Shown here piece by piece: positions 1 through 8,947 of a stretch of DNA of 32,000 bases; position 1 is the first letter of the stretch; every line of letters begins with the position of its first letter. Below the pieces are notes generated by a model, which saw nothing but the letters and a program-made list of their open reading frames with translations, was not told the DNA's origin and searched no databases. A program made the position numbers and the translations under genes. Origin of the DNA: Sinorhizobium meliloti (lineage in GTDB: Bacteria > Pseudomonadota > Alphaproteobacteria > Rhizobiales > Rhizobiaceae); assembly GCF_017876815.1 (NCBI RefSeq), contig NZ_JAGIOS010000002.1, forward strand, positions 840,001 through 872,000, read 5' to 3'.

Positions 1-589
1 GCAGATCAATCGCCTGGGTGCCGGATTCGGTGAGCAATATCTGATCGGGCGACGCCTCGATGCCGTGCTGCGCCACGCGCCGTGCCAGAAGCTGACGCAG
101 CGGCAGCAATCCGAGCGGCGCACCATAGTCGACAAGCGTGGCGGCGGCGCCGCGTGCGATGCCCCGCAATGCCCGCCGCAATCCTTCCTCCGGCATCCAG
201 TGCGGCGGCAGCCAGCCGCAGCCCGGCCTCAGTACCCCCTCCCCCGGCTCCAGGGCCTGGCGCGAGATCCACAGGGGATCGACAGCCCGGTCCACGCGCG
301 GGCCGATCTCGGCAAGCGTGAGCGGCGCAAGCGGCGCCGCTATGAAGAAGCCCGAACCCGGCCGCGAGCGGATCACACCTTCGGCCTGAAGGCGCTCATA
401 GGCCTCTACCACCGTAGATTTGGACACTTTCATGGCCAAAGCGAAGGAACGGATGGACGGCAGCCTCGCGCCGGGCGTCAAACTCCGCGCGGCTATCCGG
501 TGCTTCACCGTGCCCATCACCCTGGCGATCAGGCTTTCGCCCGCGGCACTCGTCCCTTTCAGCTGCATCCGTACTGGCTCTTTCTCCAT
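1..589 (-). CDS. MocR/PdxR-like GntR-family regulator with PLP aminotransferase-like domain (N-terminal part; gene runs off window start)
   Basis: Missing from the ORF track because it has no stop inside the window. My reverse-strand translation from ATG at 589 gives MEKEPVRMQLKG...LPSIRSFALAMKVSKSTVVEAYERLQAEGVIRSRPGSGFFI (GntR wHTH). This is followed by ...DYGAPLGLLPLRQLLARRVAQHGIEASPDQILLTESGTQAIDL (start of an aminotransferase-like fold). It is divergent from an EamA transporter, a common MocR pairing. Confidence 0.8.
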   Translation of the reverse strand, partial: MEKEPVRMQLKGTSAAGESLIARVMGTVKHRIAARSLTPGARLPSIRSFALAMKVSKSTVVEAYERLQAEGVIRSRPGSGFFIAAPLAPLTLAEIGPRVDRAVDPLWISRQALEPGEGVLRPGCGWLPPHWMPEEGLRRALRGIARGAAATLVDYGAPLGLLPLRQLLARRVAQHGIEASPDQILLTESGTQAIDL

Positions 590-670
590 GACAGTTCCTC
601 TCAACTGTACCTTACTGTCTCTGGAACAGCCAGCGATCCGGCCCGATACCGGAGAAAAAGGAGCATCGGT

Positions 671-1531
671 ATGAACAAGGCAGCGAGCGGCTGGATGAGC
701 GGTTTGATCGGCGTCGTGATCTTTAGCGGCTCGTTGCCCGCGACCCGGGTCGCGGTGATGGACTTCGACCCTATCTTCCTGACCGTAGCACGGGCATCGA
801 TTGCGGGAATTCTCGCCTTGTGTCTGCTCTTCGCCTTCCGCGAAAGACGGCCTGCCCGGGGAGATCTCGCATCGCTGGCCGTGATCTCGCTCGGGGTCGT
901 GGTCGGTTTCCCGCTTATGACGGCGCTTGCGCTGCGTCACGTGACCTCCGCCCATTCCATCGTCTTCATCGGCCTCCTGCCGCTTGCGACCGCGATTTTC
1001 GGCGTGCTTCGCGGCGGCGAGCGCCCACGCCCGACCTTCTGGGTGTTCTCGGGCCTCGGCAGCGCGATCGTCGTCGGCTTCGCGGCACGGCAGGGCTTTT
1101 CCGCCTCGCCGATCGGGGATCTCCTGATGCTCGCGGCCATCGTCGCGTGCGGGCTGGGTTACGCGGAGGGTGCGAAGCTGTCGAGAAGGCTTGGCGGCTG
1201 GCAGGTCATTTGCTGGGCCCTCGTCCTCTCCCTTCCGGTTATGACAGCCCTGATGCTGGCCACCATGCCTTCCAGCCTTGCGGGCCCGAGTGCGGCTTCC
1301 TGGCTCGGCTTCGGATACGTCTCCGTCTTCAGCATGCTTATCGGCTTCATCTTCTGGTATCGCGGCTTGGCGCTGGGTGGGATAGTGGCGGTCGGCCAAT
1401 TGCAATTGCTGCAACCCTTCTTCGGTCTGGCGCTGGCTTCGACACTGCTCGGGGAAAATGTGAGCTGGAGCATGCTCGCCGCGACGGTCGCCATCGTCGC
1501 CTGCGTCGCCGGCGCGAAAAAATTTGCCTGA
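671..1531 (+). CDS. EamA/DMT-family transporter
   Basis: The 3' part of track ORF 65..1531 is multi-TM (MNKAASGWMSGLIGVVIFSGSLPATRVA...). ATG at 671 is preceded by AAGGAG with 7-nt spacing. The 5' 200 codons of the track ORF are antisense to the MocR gene. Confidence 0.85.
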   Translation: MNKAASGWMSGLIGVVIFSGSLPATRVAVMDFDPIFLTVARASIAGILALCLLFAFRERRPARGDLASLAVISLGVVVGFPLMTALALRHVTSAHSIVFIGLLPLATAIFGVLRGGERPRPTFWVFSGLGSAIVVGFAARQGFSASPIGDLLMLAAIVACGLGYAEGAKLSRRLGGWQVICWALVLSLPVMTALMLATMPSSLAGPSAASWLGFGYVSVFSMLIGFIFWYRGLALGGIVAVGQLQLLQPFFGLALASTLLGENVSWSMLAATVAIVACVAGAKKFA

Positions 1532-1715
1532 CCTCCGGCGACCGTTCCGGAAGTCAGCCGGCGTCTGCCCGCAGCGACCGATCGGTGATTTTGTCGGGCC
1601 AACGGCAAGCTGGAACCTTCGCAGCGATCCGCCGTTTCATTCGGACCGGTCGCGCCACGAGCGTCTGCGGAAGACCGCGTGCCTTTTCCTCATTCCGCTC
1701 CAGAACGGGAGGCCT

Positions 1716-2252
1716 ATGACAATGATGCGGCGGAAGATATCCCGGTTCGTGCTTGCGGGGCTCGTGCTCGTCGGGGGGATACTTCCCCTAGAGACGAGCG
1801 CTGCCCCTGCCGACGAGGCGGCCTTTCTCAATTCGCTCGAGGGCCGATGGACCGGCGGCGGCACGGTGCTGCTTCGCATCGACCGAGGACCGATCAATGT
1901 TTCGTGCAATTTCAGCTCGGATGCGACCGGAACCGCGCTCGCTATGAGAGGGACCTGCCGCGGCCTGCTCGTGGTGTCGCGCTCGATCAGCGCGGATCTG
2001 AGATCCGACGGCGCGCGCTATACCGGCATCTATGTCGGCCCGAGAGGCGGGCGGTCCGCCTTATCCGGGAGCCGCCGCGGCAACGCCATCAATCTCACCG
2101 TCACCTGGGCAAGGGAAGTTAATGGCGATCGCAAGGCGACGCTCATCGTGCAGAAACGCGGCGAGAACGGAATGCGCCTCAGTACTGTCGACGTGGATCC
2201 GGCGACAGGAAAGCGCGTGGTGACGAGCGAGCTCAATCTGCGGCGGAGCTGA
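1716..2252 (+). CDS. secreted hypothetical protein (Sec signal peptide)
   Basis: Internal ATG at 1716 follows GGGAGG. The N-terminus MTMMRRKISRFVLAGLVLVGGILPLETSAAPA looks like a cleavable signal peptide. I recognise no family. Confidence 0.6.
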   Translation: MTMMRRKISRFVLAGLVLVGGILPLETSAAPADEAAFLNSLEGRWTGGGTVLLRIDRGPINVSCNFSSDATGTALAMRGTCRGLLVVSRSISADLRSDGARYTGIYVGPRGGRSALSGSRRGNAINLTVTWAREVNGDRKATLIVQKRGENGMRLSTVDVDPATGKRVVTSELNLRRS

Positions 2253-2274
2253 AGCGGTCGTTCCCCTCGCTCTT

Positions 2275-3432
2275 TCAGAGCACGCCCCAGCCGCGGTAGC
2301 GCCCCCTGCCCGTCATTTCACGCACCCCGAGTTCGCGCACGAGATTGAGGGCGCCGCGCGGCGTGACCCCGAGATGGCGCGCGATCAAAGGCGCGGAGAC
2401 GATCGGCCGCGACAGGACGAGATCGATCAGGCCCGGGAGATTGCTGTTCGATCGGCGGTCTCTGATCCGCATCTCCATCTGTGTCCTCGCGAGCGACAGA
2501 CGGTCGAGTTCCTTCATGCCGAGCTCGGCCGCCGCGGACATCGCCTCAAGGAAACCGGTGAGACGCGTCAGCCGGTCCTTTGAGCGTCGACGCTCGTGGC
2601 GGATCGTCTTCAAGCCCGTATTATAGGCGAGCACGTGCGAACCGACCTTGCCGCGAAACCGGAGATAGGCGCCGACAAGAAGCGAGCCGAGCCAGTGCTG
2701 CCGGCGCAACGGCTCAATACGTTCCCACGCATCGAAAAGAAGGGCAGCCCCAAGCGCGGCGGGCAGCTGGTCGGCAACCGGCAGCACGGCACGCCACGCA
2801 TCGAGCCGGGCGGTCTCATCCCAGTCGTCATCGAAGAGCAGGCCGAGTTGGCCCGTCGGCTCCACTCTCGACGACTGCGTTTCGATGACCGGCTGTTCTG
2901 CCATGACCGCGCTTCCAGCATGAATGTCCAGCAGCCGCGCGGACCGGGCGATCGCCGCATCGATCTCGGCGAAAGCGTCGGAAAGGGAGCTGTCGATCGG
3001 GCCGTCCGCCGCGTCGGGCGCATCCGTTTCGTCCGGATCGTCCCGGAGAGCCGAAGTGTTGAGAGAGTCATGCCTGACGGCCGCCCCCGCTTCGCCGCGC
3101 AACGCGCTCAACCCAGGCGGCGACAAGGCCCAGTCGGCATCGGCCAGATCCAATCGTCGCCGCGCCCGCAGAACCGCGTGCGCGATGGTCAGCTCGTGCG
3201 ACGGAGCGCGCGCGTCCATATGCGAGTCGTGTAGAACCAGATCCTCGACATGCACGAGTTCACCGGCGACCCAAAGGGCCGCCGCCGCATCGAAAAACTG
3301 GCCGCGCTCCCGAAAGCCCTCGGCGACGGCATGACGCCCGGCACGCTCATCGAGCCGGGCGAGCCCGTCTTCGGCGGCAATCAGGACCGTCAGCAGCGCC
3401 GGGTCAAGCGGATCAGGAATCTCATATCTCAT
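2275..3432 (-). CDS. DUF1612-like protein with C-terminal HTH (RHE_PE00001-like, repABC-replicon associated)
   Basis: 385-aa ORF. The C-terminus ...LPGLIDLVLSRPIVSAPLIARHLGVTPRGALNLVRELGVREMTGRGRYRGWGV is wHTH-like. The overall pattern matches my memory of DUF1612/HTH proteins found next to rhizobial repABC operons. Confidence 0.55.
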   Translation of the reverse strand: MRYEIPDPLDPALLTVLIAAEDGLARLDERAGRHAVAEGFRERGQFFDAAAALWVAGELVHVEDLVLHDSHMDARAPSHELTIAHAVLRARRRLDLADADWALSPPGLSALRGEAGAAVRHDSLNTSALRDDPDETDAPDAADGPIDSSLSDAFAEIDAAIARSARLLDIHAGSAVMAEQPVIETQSSRVEPTGQLGLLFDDDWDETARLDAWRAVLPVADQLPAALGAALLFDAWERIEPLRRQHWLGSLLVGAYLRFRGKVGSHVLAYNTGLKTIRHERRRSKDRLTRLTGFLEAMSAAAELGMKELDRLSLARTQMEMRIRDRRSNSNLPGLIDLVLSRPIVSAPLIARHLGVTPRGALNLVRELGVREMTGRGRYRGWGVL

Positions 3433-3615
3433 TTTGAAAGCAACGCGTTGGCGGCGAAACGGAAGGTAGCACGCGCTTTCGTTCGAGCACAGTTGTTCGA
3501 AGGTTTTCCACCCCTATTGTGCTTCGCTCACATCTGTTCCCCACACGCCGTCCACAACGACGCTTGCGCGCTGGTGGCGTTGATCTTAAGACCGGCCTAA
3601 GACCGAACGACTTCG

Positions 3616-3639
3616 CGGAGTTGACAGCTGTCAACTCCG
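3616..3639. promoter_or_regulatory. parS-type centromere palindrome (copy 1)
   Basis: GTTGACAGCTGTCAAC at 3620-3635 matches GTTNNCNGCNGNNAAC at every fixed position. It sits inside a perfect 24-bp palindrome, CGGAGTTGACAGCTGTCAACTCCG. Confidence 0.7.
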
Positions 3640-3805
3640 GGTGGGCACCACGGGGCTCCATTGATCTCGGGTCTCCCAGGCCTCCCAGGATGTCCAGGAG
3701 GTAAGGGCTGCCAGCACAGCGAGAGCGTTCCGGGCCGGAGCAATCGCCCTCGGCAAAGCTCAGCCGTGCGGATGCGCCGTCAAACACAAGGAAAAGGCAA
3801 GCGCC

Positions 3806-4648
3806 ATGGTGTCCGATATTCTCGCCGCTTCCGGCGGCGTCAAGCAGGTAATCTGTATAAATTGGGGTACGAAATACGGCGCACCTTTCGTGAACCGCCT
3901 CTTCGCGATGGTTGCTCGCAACATCACGCCGCCTTTCACCTTCACCTGTTTTACCGACAATAGGGAAGGCCTTCGGTCGGAAATACTGTGCGAGGACCTC
4001 CCGCCGCTCGATGTCGAGACGATGCCGGTAAATACCAAGGGGATTTGGCCCAAGGCGCGCCTGTGGGGCCCGGCACTCGGCAGCCTCAAGGGACCGGTGC
4101 TCTTTCTCGATCTCGATCTGGTGATCGTCGGATCGCTCGACGCGTTTTTCGAGATCGGCGGTCCCGACGATATCGTGATGACCCGCAATCAGACTACGCC
4201 GCTTGAGCGTCTCGGGCAGACGTCGCTATTCCGCTTCCCTGTCGGCAAGTTGGTCCCATTGCAGGAGAAGTTCCGCGCCGACCCACAAAAGGTGGCCGAC
4301 GAATATGAATTCGAGCAACGCTTCGTCACGCGCAACGCGCCAGGAGGAGCGAAATTCTTCCCGCGGCGTTTCGTTCTGCATTTCCGCCAGGACTGTCGGC
4401 GGCCATTCCCCTTGAACTACTTCCTGCCGCCACGGCTGCCGGCGGATGCACGCGTGGTTATTTTTCCGCGCGGCCTGCTGCCGCAGCATGCGATAGACGG
4501 GCAGTTCGGCTACAAGGGGCGGGTGGCGACGCCGAGCGATCATATTCGCGGGCTCTTCTCTCCGGACAGAAGAGAAAAAAGCCCATTCCGCTACCTCCGG
4601 CACTATATTCTCCCGAGCCCTTGGGTCGCGGAACACTGGCGCGAATGA
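3806..4648 (+). CDS. putative nucleotide-diphospho-sugar (DxD) glycosyltransferase-like protein
   Basis: 280-aa ORF with AAGGAAAAGG upstream of the ATG. It has the motif VICINWGTKYG...VNRLFAMVARN and a DLDLV (DxD-like) stretch, reminiscent of uncharacterised rhizobial glycosyltransferase-like proteins. Confidence 0.5.
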   Translation: MVSDILAASGGVKQVICINWGTKYGAPFVNRLFAMVARNITPPFTFTCFTDNREGLRSEILCEDLPPLDVETMPVNTKGIWPKARLWGPALGSLKGPVLFLDLDLVIVGSLDAFFEIGGPDDIVMTRNQTTPLERLGQTSLFRFPVGKLVPLQEKFRADPQKVADEYEFEQRFVTRNAPGGAKFFPRRFVLHFRQDCRRPFPLNYFLPPRLPADARVVIFPRGLLPQHAIDGQFGYKGRVATPSDHIRGLFSPDRREKSPFRYLRHYILPSPWVAEHWRE

Positions 4649-4664
4649 GGGGCAAGATCGTATT

Positions 4665-4680
4665 GTTGACAGCTGTCAAC
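4665..4680. promoter_or_regulatory. parS-type centromere palindrome (copy 2)
   Basis: Exact second copy of GTTGACAGCTGTCAAC, 16 nt after the stop of CDS 3806-4648 and about 430 bp downstream of the repC stop. Confidence 0.7.
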
Positions 4681-5108
4681 TGCGGAAACGACTGCAGGGA
4701 CCGGCATCTGCATATCGTCGGCGGCTTTGCCCCGGATTGCGTGGCCCACCGCACGAGATTTCCACTCAATTGCAGAATAGGGGAGGCGGTTGATAACTGT
4801 TGTTGCGGTCACCAAGCCTCGAACTGGGGCCGTCCGCGTGACGGAACTTAATGGCGATTTAACTTCCGCATTGCCGGCTTGCCGCCTTTGTTGCCAATAC
4901 GTTACGATAGAAGCAAAATTGTTAAGAAACAGACACCAAGGCGGCAATTCAAAGCAAGTGCGAATCCGCAGCCGAAGCGAGTTTCCCCTATCTGGAGCGT
5001 CAAGGCAACCGCGAGCGGTCAGCGTCGCAAGCCTGACGTGCCTTGCGACCGACAACTCCTGCAGTGCGCCCGAGATTCCTGTCTTACAAAGACTGTTCAG
5101 CGGAGACA

Positions 5109-6437
5109 TCAACTCGCAAGCGGCATGCTTGCCCCTCGCGCGCGCCTCAGTGCAGCGACCATCGGAGCAACCGAGAAAGCCTGGCGCCGTGCTCTCGCGG
5201 TAAGAACCCGAAGATAGCCGCCTGGCGAACTTATGCAATCGGCTCTCTCCAGGATGCAAGCGATGACGGTCGCAGCATTTTCCTGGCCGAGAACGGTGCA
5301 TGCATCGTCATAGGCATCGGTGCTCACGTTCAGCATGGTTCTGACGACGACTGCAGCGGTCAGCAGATCCTTCCAGTTCGTTATACGGCCCTGTGGTCCG
5401 TAATCGGCGATCTGCGGGCAAGCGGATAGGAGGACGGGCAGAGGAATTTCCCGGGCGAGGCGGGAGATCGGCAGAGATGGGGACACCGAGCTGACCGGCG
5501 GCTGCGAATCGATACGGGTCGAAACCTCCGAGAGCTTCGCCTTCGGTGTCACAGGGTCCGCGTTGCAGCTTTGGGCGCCGGCCGAAAATTTCCCCGACCC
5601 TTTTCCCAAGCCAGGTTCAGATTCAAATTGAGAGTCTGGATGTGAACTCTGTATGTGCTGCCCATTATGGCGATCATTGGCGCCCATTTTTTTGGAATTA
5701 AGCAGTTTTTCCAATTGATTGGATAGATCCGTACGAAGTTCCGCCATAGCGTCATGAAGGGTCTCGACGTCGCTGACCGATGCCTTGCGCGAGAGAGGCG
5801 CAGACAATTCCTCATATCTCCGTTGCTGCTGCTCGCAGTCGGTGGGCAGGTCAGAGTCACGAAGGAGCTCGAGCAGCTTGGCGATGTCGCGCCGGCAGAG
5901 GCTCAGTCTTTCGCGCATCAGACGATGATACTGTTTGGCTGCGGCAAGTTTGGCAGCGGCGGCTTTGAACTCATCGGCCCGGGCGACGAGCGGGGAGAGG
6001 TCGAATCCGAAGGCTTCGCCCACCGCTCCATTACGGCTCCTTCGGGCGTAACGCTTACCGTTCGGGCTGTCGCGCCGCAGGATCAGGCCCGATTCCACGA
6101 GGCATGCAAGATGCCGGCGGAGCGTCGTGCCCGCCATTCCGTGGGTACGGAGCGAGAGCTGCGCATTGGAGGGGAAAACGACGAGGCCATTTTCGCCCGA
6201 GAGCTCGGCTCCTGGATAAAAGCTCAAAAGGGCGTTCAACACCGCAAGCGAACGATCGGACACGCCGATCACCGTCTTCGCTTCACAGAGAGAACGGAAC
6301 AATTTCCACTTGTCCACCGACCGGTCCGGCGGGACGTTACCGGCGGCGATCTGACTTGCGAGCATGCCAAGCGTCATCGCCCGCCGCCCAAAGGGCGTCG
6401 TCACACTTCCACGTTCCATTTTCTTCACCTTTTCCAA
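5109..6437 (-). CDS. repC: replication initiator RepC
   Basis: Contains ...MERGSVTTPFGRRAMTLGMLASQIAA...VIGVSDRSLAVLNALLSFYP...VFPSNAQLSLRTHGMAGTTLRRHLACLVESGLILRRDSPNGKRYA, the typical RepC N-terminus. It is third in repABC order. An alternative start (MERGSV) lies at 6419. Confidence 0.95.
   Translation of the reverse strand: MEKVKKMERGSVTTPFGRRAMTLGMLASQIAAGNVPPDRSVDKWKLFRSLCEAKTVIGVSDRSLAVLNALLSFYPGAELSGENGLVVFPSNAQLSLRTHGMAGTTLRRHLACLVESGLILRRDSPNGKRYARRSRNGAVGEAFGFDLSPLVARADEFKAAAAKLAAAKQYHRLMRERLSLCRRDIAKLLELLRDSDLPTDCEQQQRRYEELSAPLSRKASVSDVETLHDAMAELRTDLSNQLEKLLNSKKMGANDRHNGQHIQSSHPDSQFESEPGLGKGSGKFSAGAQSCNADPVTPKAKLSEVSTRIDSQPPVSSVSPSLPISRLAREIPLPVLLSACPQIADYGPQGRITNWKDLLTAAVVVRTMLNVSTDAYDDACTVLGQENAATVIACILERADCISSPGGYLRVLTARARRQAFSVAPMVAALRRARGASMPLAS
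5584..5740. other. AT-rich stretch inside repC, putative oriV
   Basis: Locally AT-rich (…attcaaattgagagtctggatgtgaactctgtatgtg…cccatttttttggaattaagcagtttttccaattgattggatag…) within otherwise GC-rich coding sequence. repABC origins have been mapped to an AT-rich region within repC. Confidence 0.45.
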
Positions 6438-6477
6438 GGCAAAAGAAATCCGTTCGCCGAAACGACGTCAAAAATGC

Positions 6478-6506
6478 TTGACACTGATTCGCGGAAGTGG
6501 GATTCT
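6478..6506 (+). promoter_or_regulatory. putative promoter of the repABC counter-transcribed RNA
   Basis: TTGACA at 6478-6483, then a 17-nt spacer and GATTCT at 6501-6506. It lies on the strand opposite repABC in the repB-repC intergenic region. Confidence 0.4.
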
Positions 6507-6512
6507 CTAGTT

Positions 6513-6567
6513 GCTACACGAGAGAAGGGTTTCCGCAGCGCTAGTCGTTCGGAAGCCTTTTTCTTTT
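6513..6567 (+). ncRNA. repABC antisense ctRNA (incA/repE-type)
   Basis: The stem GGTTTCCG (6528-6535) pairs with CGGAAGCC (6550-6557) and is followed by TTTTTCTTTT. This forms an intrinsic terminator on the strand opposite repABC, just before the repB stop. Size and position match known repABC ctRNAs of about 55 nt. Confidence 0.6.
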
Positions 6568-6574
6568 GCTCTGT

Positions 6575-7579
6575 TTAGTCTCCTGTTTCCCGTTGATATT
6601 CGAGGTAGAGCGCTTCGAGCCTCTGCCTCACGAATTCTGCAAAGCCCGGTGCCGCCTTCTTGCTGAAGGCCAGCGTCGTTTCCGCATCCGTTTCGCGAAT
6701 ACGCACGGCGCGGATCCTGTCCGGAGCAATCCAGGTTTCCGCCTTTGAGGGCTTCCTGGCTAGGCTCAGCAAGGCAAATAGCTTTTCGAAACGCTGATCG
6801 CTCTCCAGCGCCTTGAACGCGGCCGTCTCGATGAAATCCAATGCCTTCGGACGCCGGTCATCGCGGTCGATGAGATCGGCAAATTCCATCCATCGTCTCC
6901 TGCCGAAACCCGGCGCGGCACCGATGGCTTCGATGATGTCCAACGGCAATCGGCGGACGACGGCGATCATCTTGGAGAGGGCCGCCTTGTCGACTCCGAG
7001 GGCCGACATGATCGTGTCCCGCGAGAAGCCGCGATCTTCAAGACGCGTTGCGAACAACGCTCGCTCTATGAAGGAGAGGTCGGTGCGGGCGTTGTTTTCC
7101 TGCCCCTGGGAAATGACGAGTTGCTCGTCGTTCAAGTTCCGGATGACTGCCTTGACCTTGATGCCGATCTCGCGCAATGCCGCAAGCCGCCTGTGGCCGT
7201 AGGCGACCTGATATCGGCCGCTCTCCGCCGGATGCGGCCGCACGAGGATCGGAACCTGTTGTCCGTGGTCCCGGATCTGCTGAACCAGCATGGCCTGAAC
7301 GTCGGGGGCGACACCCAGCCTATCGATGATGAAAGAGGAATCGATCAGCTCCGGGTCCAGTTCGACGATTGCGCGCCCCTCGGCAAGCTGGCGCTCCAAT
7401 TCCTCCGCTCGCTCGACCTTCTGGGTGATGTTCGAGAGGGATCTGGTGATGCCGCCGACGAGGCCAGTGGAGCGCTGGGCGGGCGCAAGGCCTGCGATCG
7501 GACGACCGACGGCCGGGCGCTCCCCGTCTTCGGGGGCGAGGGGGCTCTCGGAAATGCCGATCAGGTTCTTGCGCGCCAT
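6575..7579 (-). CDS. repB: partition protein RepB (ParB-like)
   Basis: 334 aa with the ParB-box region ...HGQQVPILVRPHPAESGRYQVAYGHRRLAALREIG.... It starts 3 nt after the repA stop. Confidence 0.95.
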   Translation of the reverse strand: MARKNLIGISESPLAPEDGERPAVGRPIAGLAPAQRSTGLVGGITRSLSNITQKVERAEELERQLAEGRAIVELDPELIDSSFIIDRLGVAPDVQAMLVQQIRDHGQQVPILVRPHPAESGRYQVAYGHRRLAALREIGIKVKAVIRNLNDEQLVISQGQENNARTDLSFIERALFATRLEDRGFSRDTIMSALGVDKAALSKMIAVVRRLPLDIIEAIGAAPGFGRRRWMEFADLIDRDDRRPKALDFIETAAFKALESDQRFEKLFALLSLARKPSKAETWIAPDRIRAVRIRETDAETTLAFSKKAAPGFAEFVRQRLEALYLEYQRETGD

Positions 7580-7582
7580 CGG

Positions 7583-8779
7583 TTACTTCCTCCCCCAGAC
7601 CCTGCGGATCATCTCTTCGATCTCCGCATTGACGAGCGAGAGCGAATCCATCGCCCGGTCGTAGGTACCGCGTATGAATTGCGAGCGCTCCACTTCATAG
7701 AGCGTCTGCTTGGTGACGCCGGCGTCGGAAATTGCGGTCGATTTCACCATCGCGTTCTGCAGCATGCGGTTGCCGAAGATCGCGCGCATGAAACCGGTCA
7801 TCTGGCTCTGCGGTCCGTCGTTGGGCTCGAAGCGCGTGACCAGATAGCGCATCCAGTCATAGCTGGTGCGCCCGCCGGCATTCTCGACAACGGCCATGAG
7901 CTCGCTCGTCATCGACAGGAACTGGGACATCGACATGACGTCGAGCATCTGCGGGTGCACGGTGATGAGCACGGAGGTCGCGGCGCAAAGCGCCGACATG
8001 GTCAGAAAGCCGAGCTGCGGCGGGCAGTCGATGACGACGATGTCGTAGAAGCTCTCGATTTCGGAAAGCACCTCGCCGATCCGCGCGAAGAACATGGTCT
8101 CGGTGGAGCCCGCGATCATCGCCTTCGGAGTCTCGTGCTCGAATTCCATGAGCTCGAGATTGCCCGGAATGAGGTGAAGATTGGCGGTATAGGTCGATCG
8201 CACCACCTCCGCGATCGGCCGGGGGGCCTCGTAGCGTATCGCGCCATAGAGTGTTTCCCCTTCGCCGACGTCCAGTTCCGGCTGATGACCGAAGAGGGCG
8301 GAGAGCGAGGCCTGCGGATCGAGATCGATCGCCAGCACCCGATAGCCGCGCAAGGCGAGATACTGCGCGAGGTGAGCGGATGTCGTCGTCTTGCCCGAAC
8401 CACCTTTGAAATTCATGACGGAGACGACTTGCAGCTTTTCGCCCGGTCGACGATGCGGAATATATTTGCCGGTCTTGCTGCCTTCGTCGAGAACCCGGCG
8501 GATACGGTCGATGTCCTCCATCGCATACATGCGGCGGCCGTTTGACAGCGGCTGCGGACCATGGCCTTCTGAGGCGATCTGGCGCAGATAGCCTTCGCCG
8601 ATTCCGATGAAGGCCGCTGCCTCTGCCGGGCTGAAGAGCCGCATCGTCTTTTGCGCCGACGGAGAAAAGATCTTCTTTTGATGCTCCTGCAACTGGTGTG
8701 CGAGTTCCTGAGCGTCGGCAGACAAGAGCGACGGCAAATGCTCCTGCTCCTCAAGACTCTGGATTCTCTGCTGCAACAT
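7583..8779 (-). CDS. repA: partition ATPase RepA (ParA-like)
   Basis: Deviant Walker A VMNFKGGSGKTTTSAHLAQYLALRGYRVLAIDLDPQ. ATG at 8779 (MLQQRIQ...) is preceded by GGAGAG with 5-nt spacing. The track ORF start at 8803 is an alternative. Confidence 0.95.
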   Translation of the reverse strand: MLQQRIQSLEEQEHLPSLLSADAQELAHQLQEHQKKIFSPSAQKTMRLFSPAEAAAFIGIGEGYLRQIASEGHGPQPLSNGRRMYAMEDIDRIRRVLDEGSKTGKYIPHRRPGEKLQVVSVMNFKGGSGKTTTSAHLAQYLALRGYRVLAIDLDPQASLSALFGHQPELDVGEGETLYGAIRYEAPRPIAEVVRSTYTANLHLIPGNLELMEFEHETPKAMIAGSTETMFFARIGEVLSEIESFYDIVVIDCPPQLGFLTMSALCAATSVLITVHPQMLDVMSMSQFLSMTSELMAVVENAGGRTSYDWMRYLVTRFEPNDGPQSQMTGFMRAIFGNRMLQNAMVKSTAISDAGVTKQTLYEVERSQFIRGTYDRAMDSLSLVNAEIEEMIRRVWGRK

Positions 8780-8931
8780 TCCTACTCTCCAAAAACTGCG
8801 CAAAATTCACCAATGGGAGCTGATCTGCGCAGTTATACTATGCGCCGATTCGTTGCCATTTTACAAACGCTTAACAAAAAGCTCGGTTGTGCTGCAGGGG
8901 CGCTGCAGTTTTGTCGTCCCGCTGTTCATTG

Positions 8932-8947
8932 GTTGTCCGCGGACAAC
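8932..8947. promoter_or_regulatory. variant parS-consensus palindrome upstream of repA
   Basis: GTTGTCCGCGGACAAC is a perfect 16-bp palindrome that also fits GTTNNCNGCNGNNAAC. It lies about 130-150 bp upstream of the repA start. Confidence 0.55.

Noticed and set aside
65-670. 5' extension of track ORF 65..1531
   Set aside because: This part is antisense to the MocR-type gene, which is clearly coding on the minus strand. The EamA protein starts at 671 with its own SD.
4603-5301. 232-aa minus-strand ORF downstream of and overlapping the repC 3' end
   Set aside because: No coding-like bias or motif. It spans the repC stop and the intergenic region containing parS.
7121-8545. 474-aa plus-strand ORF
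   Set aside because: Antisense to repA/repB, which have unambiguous ParA/ParB motifs.
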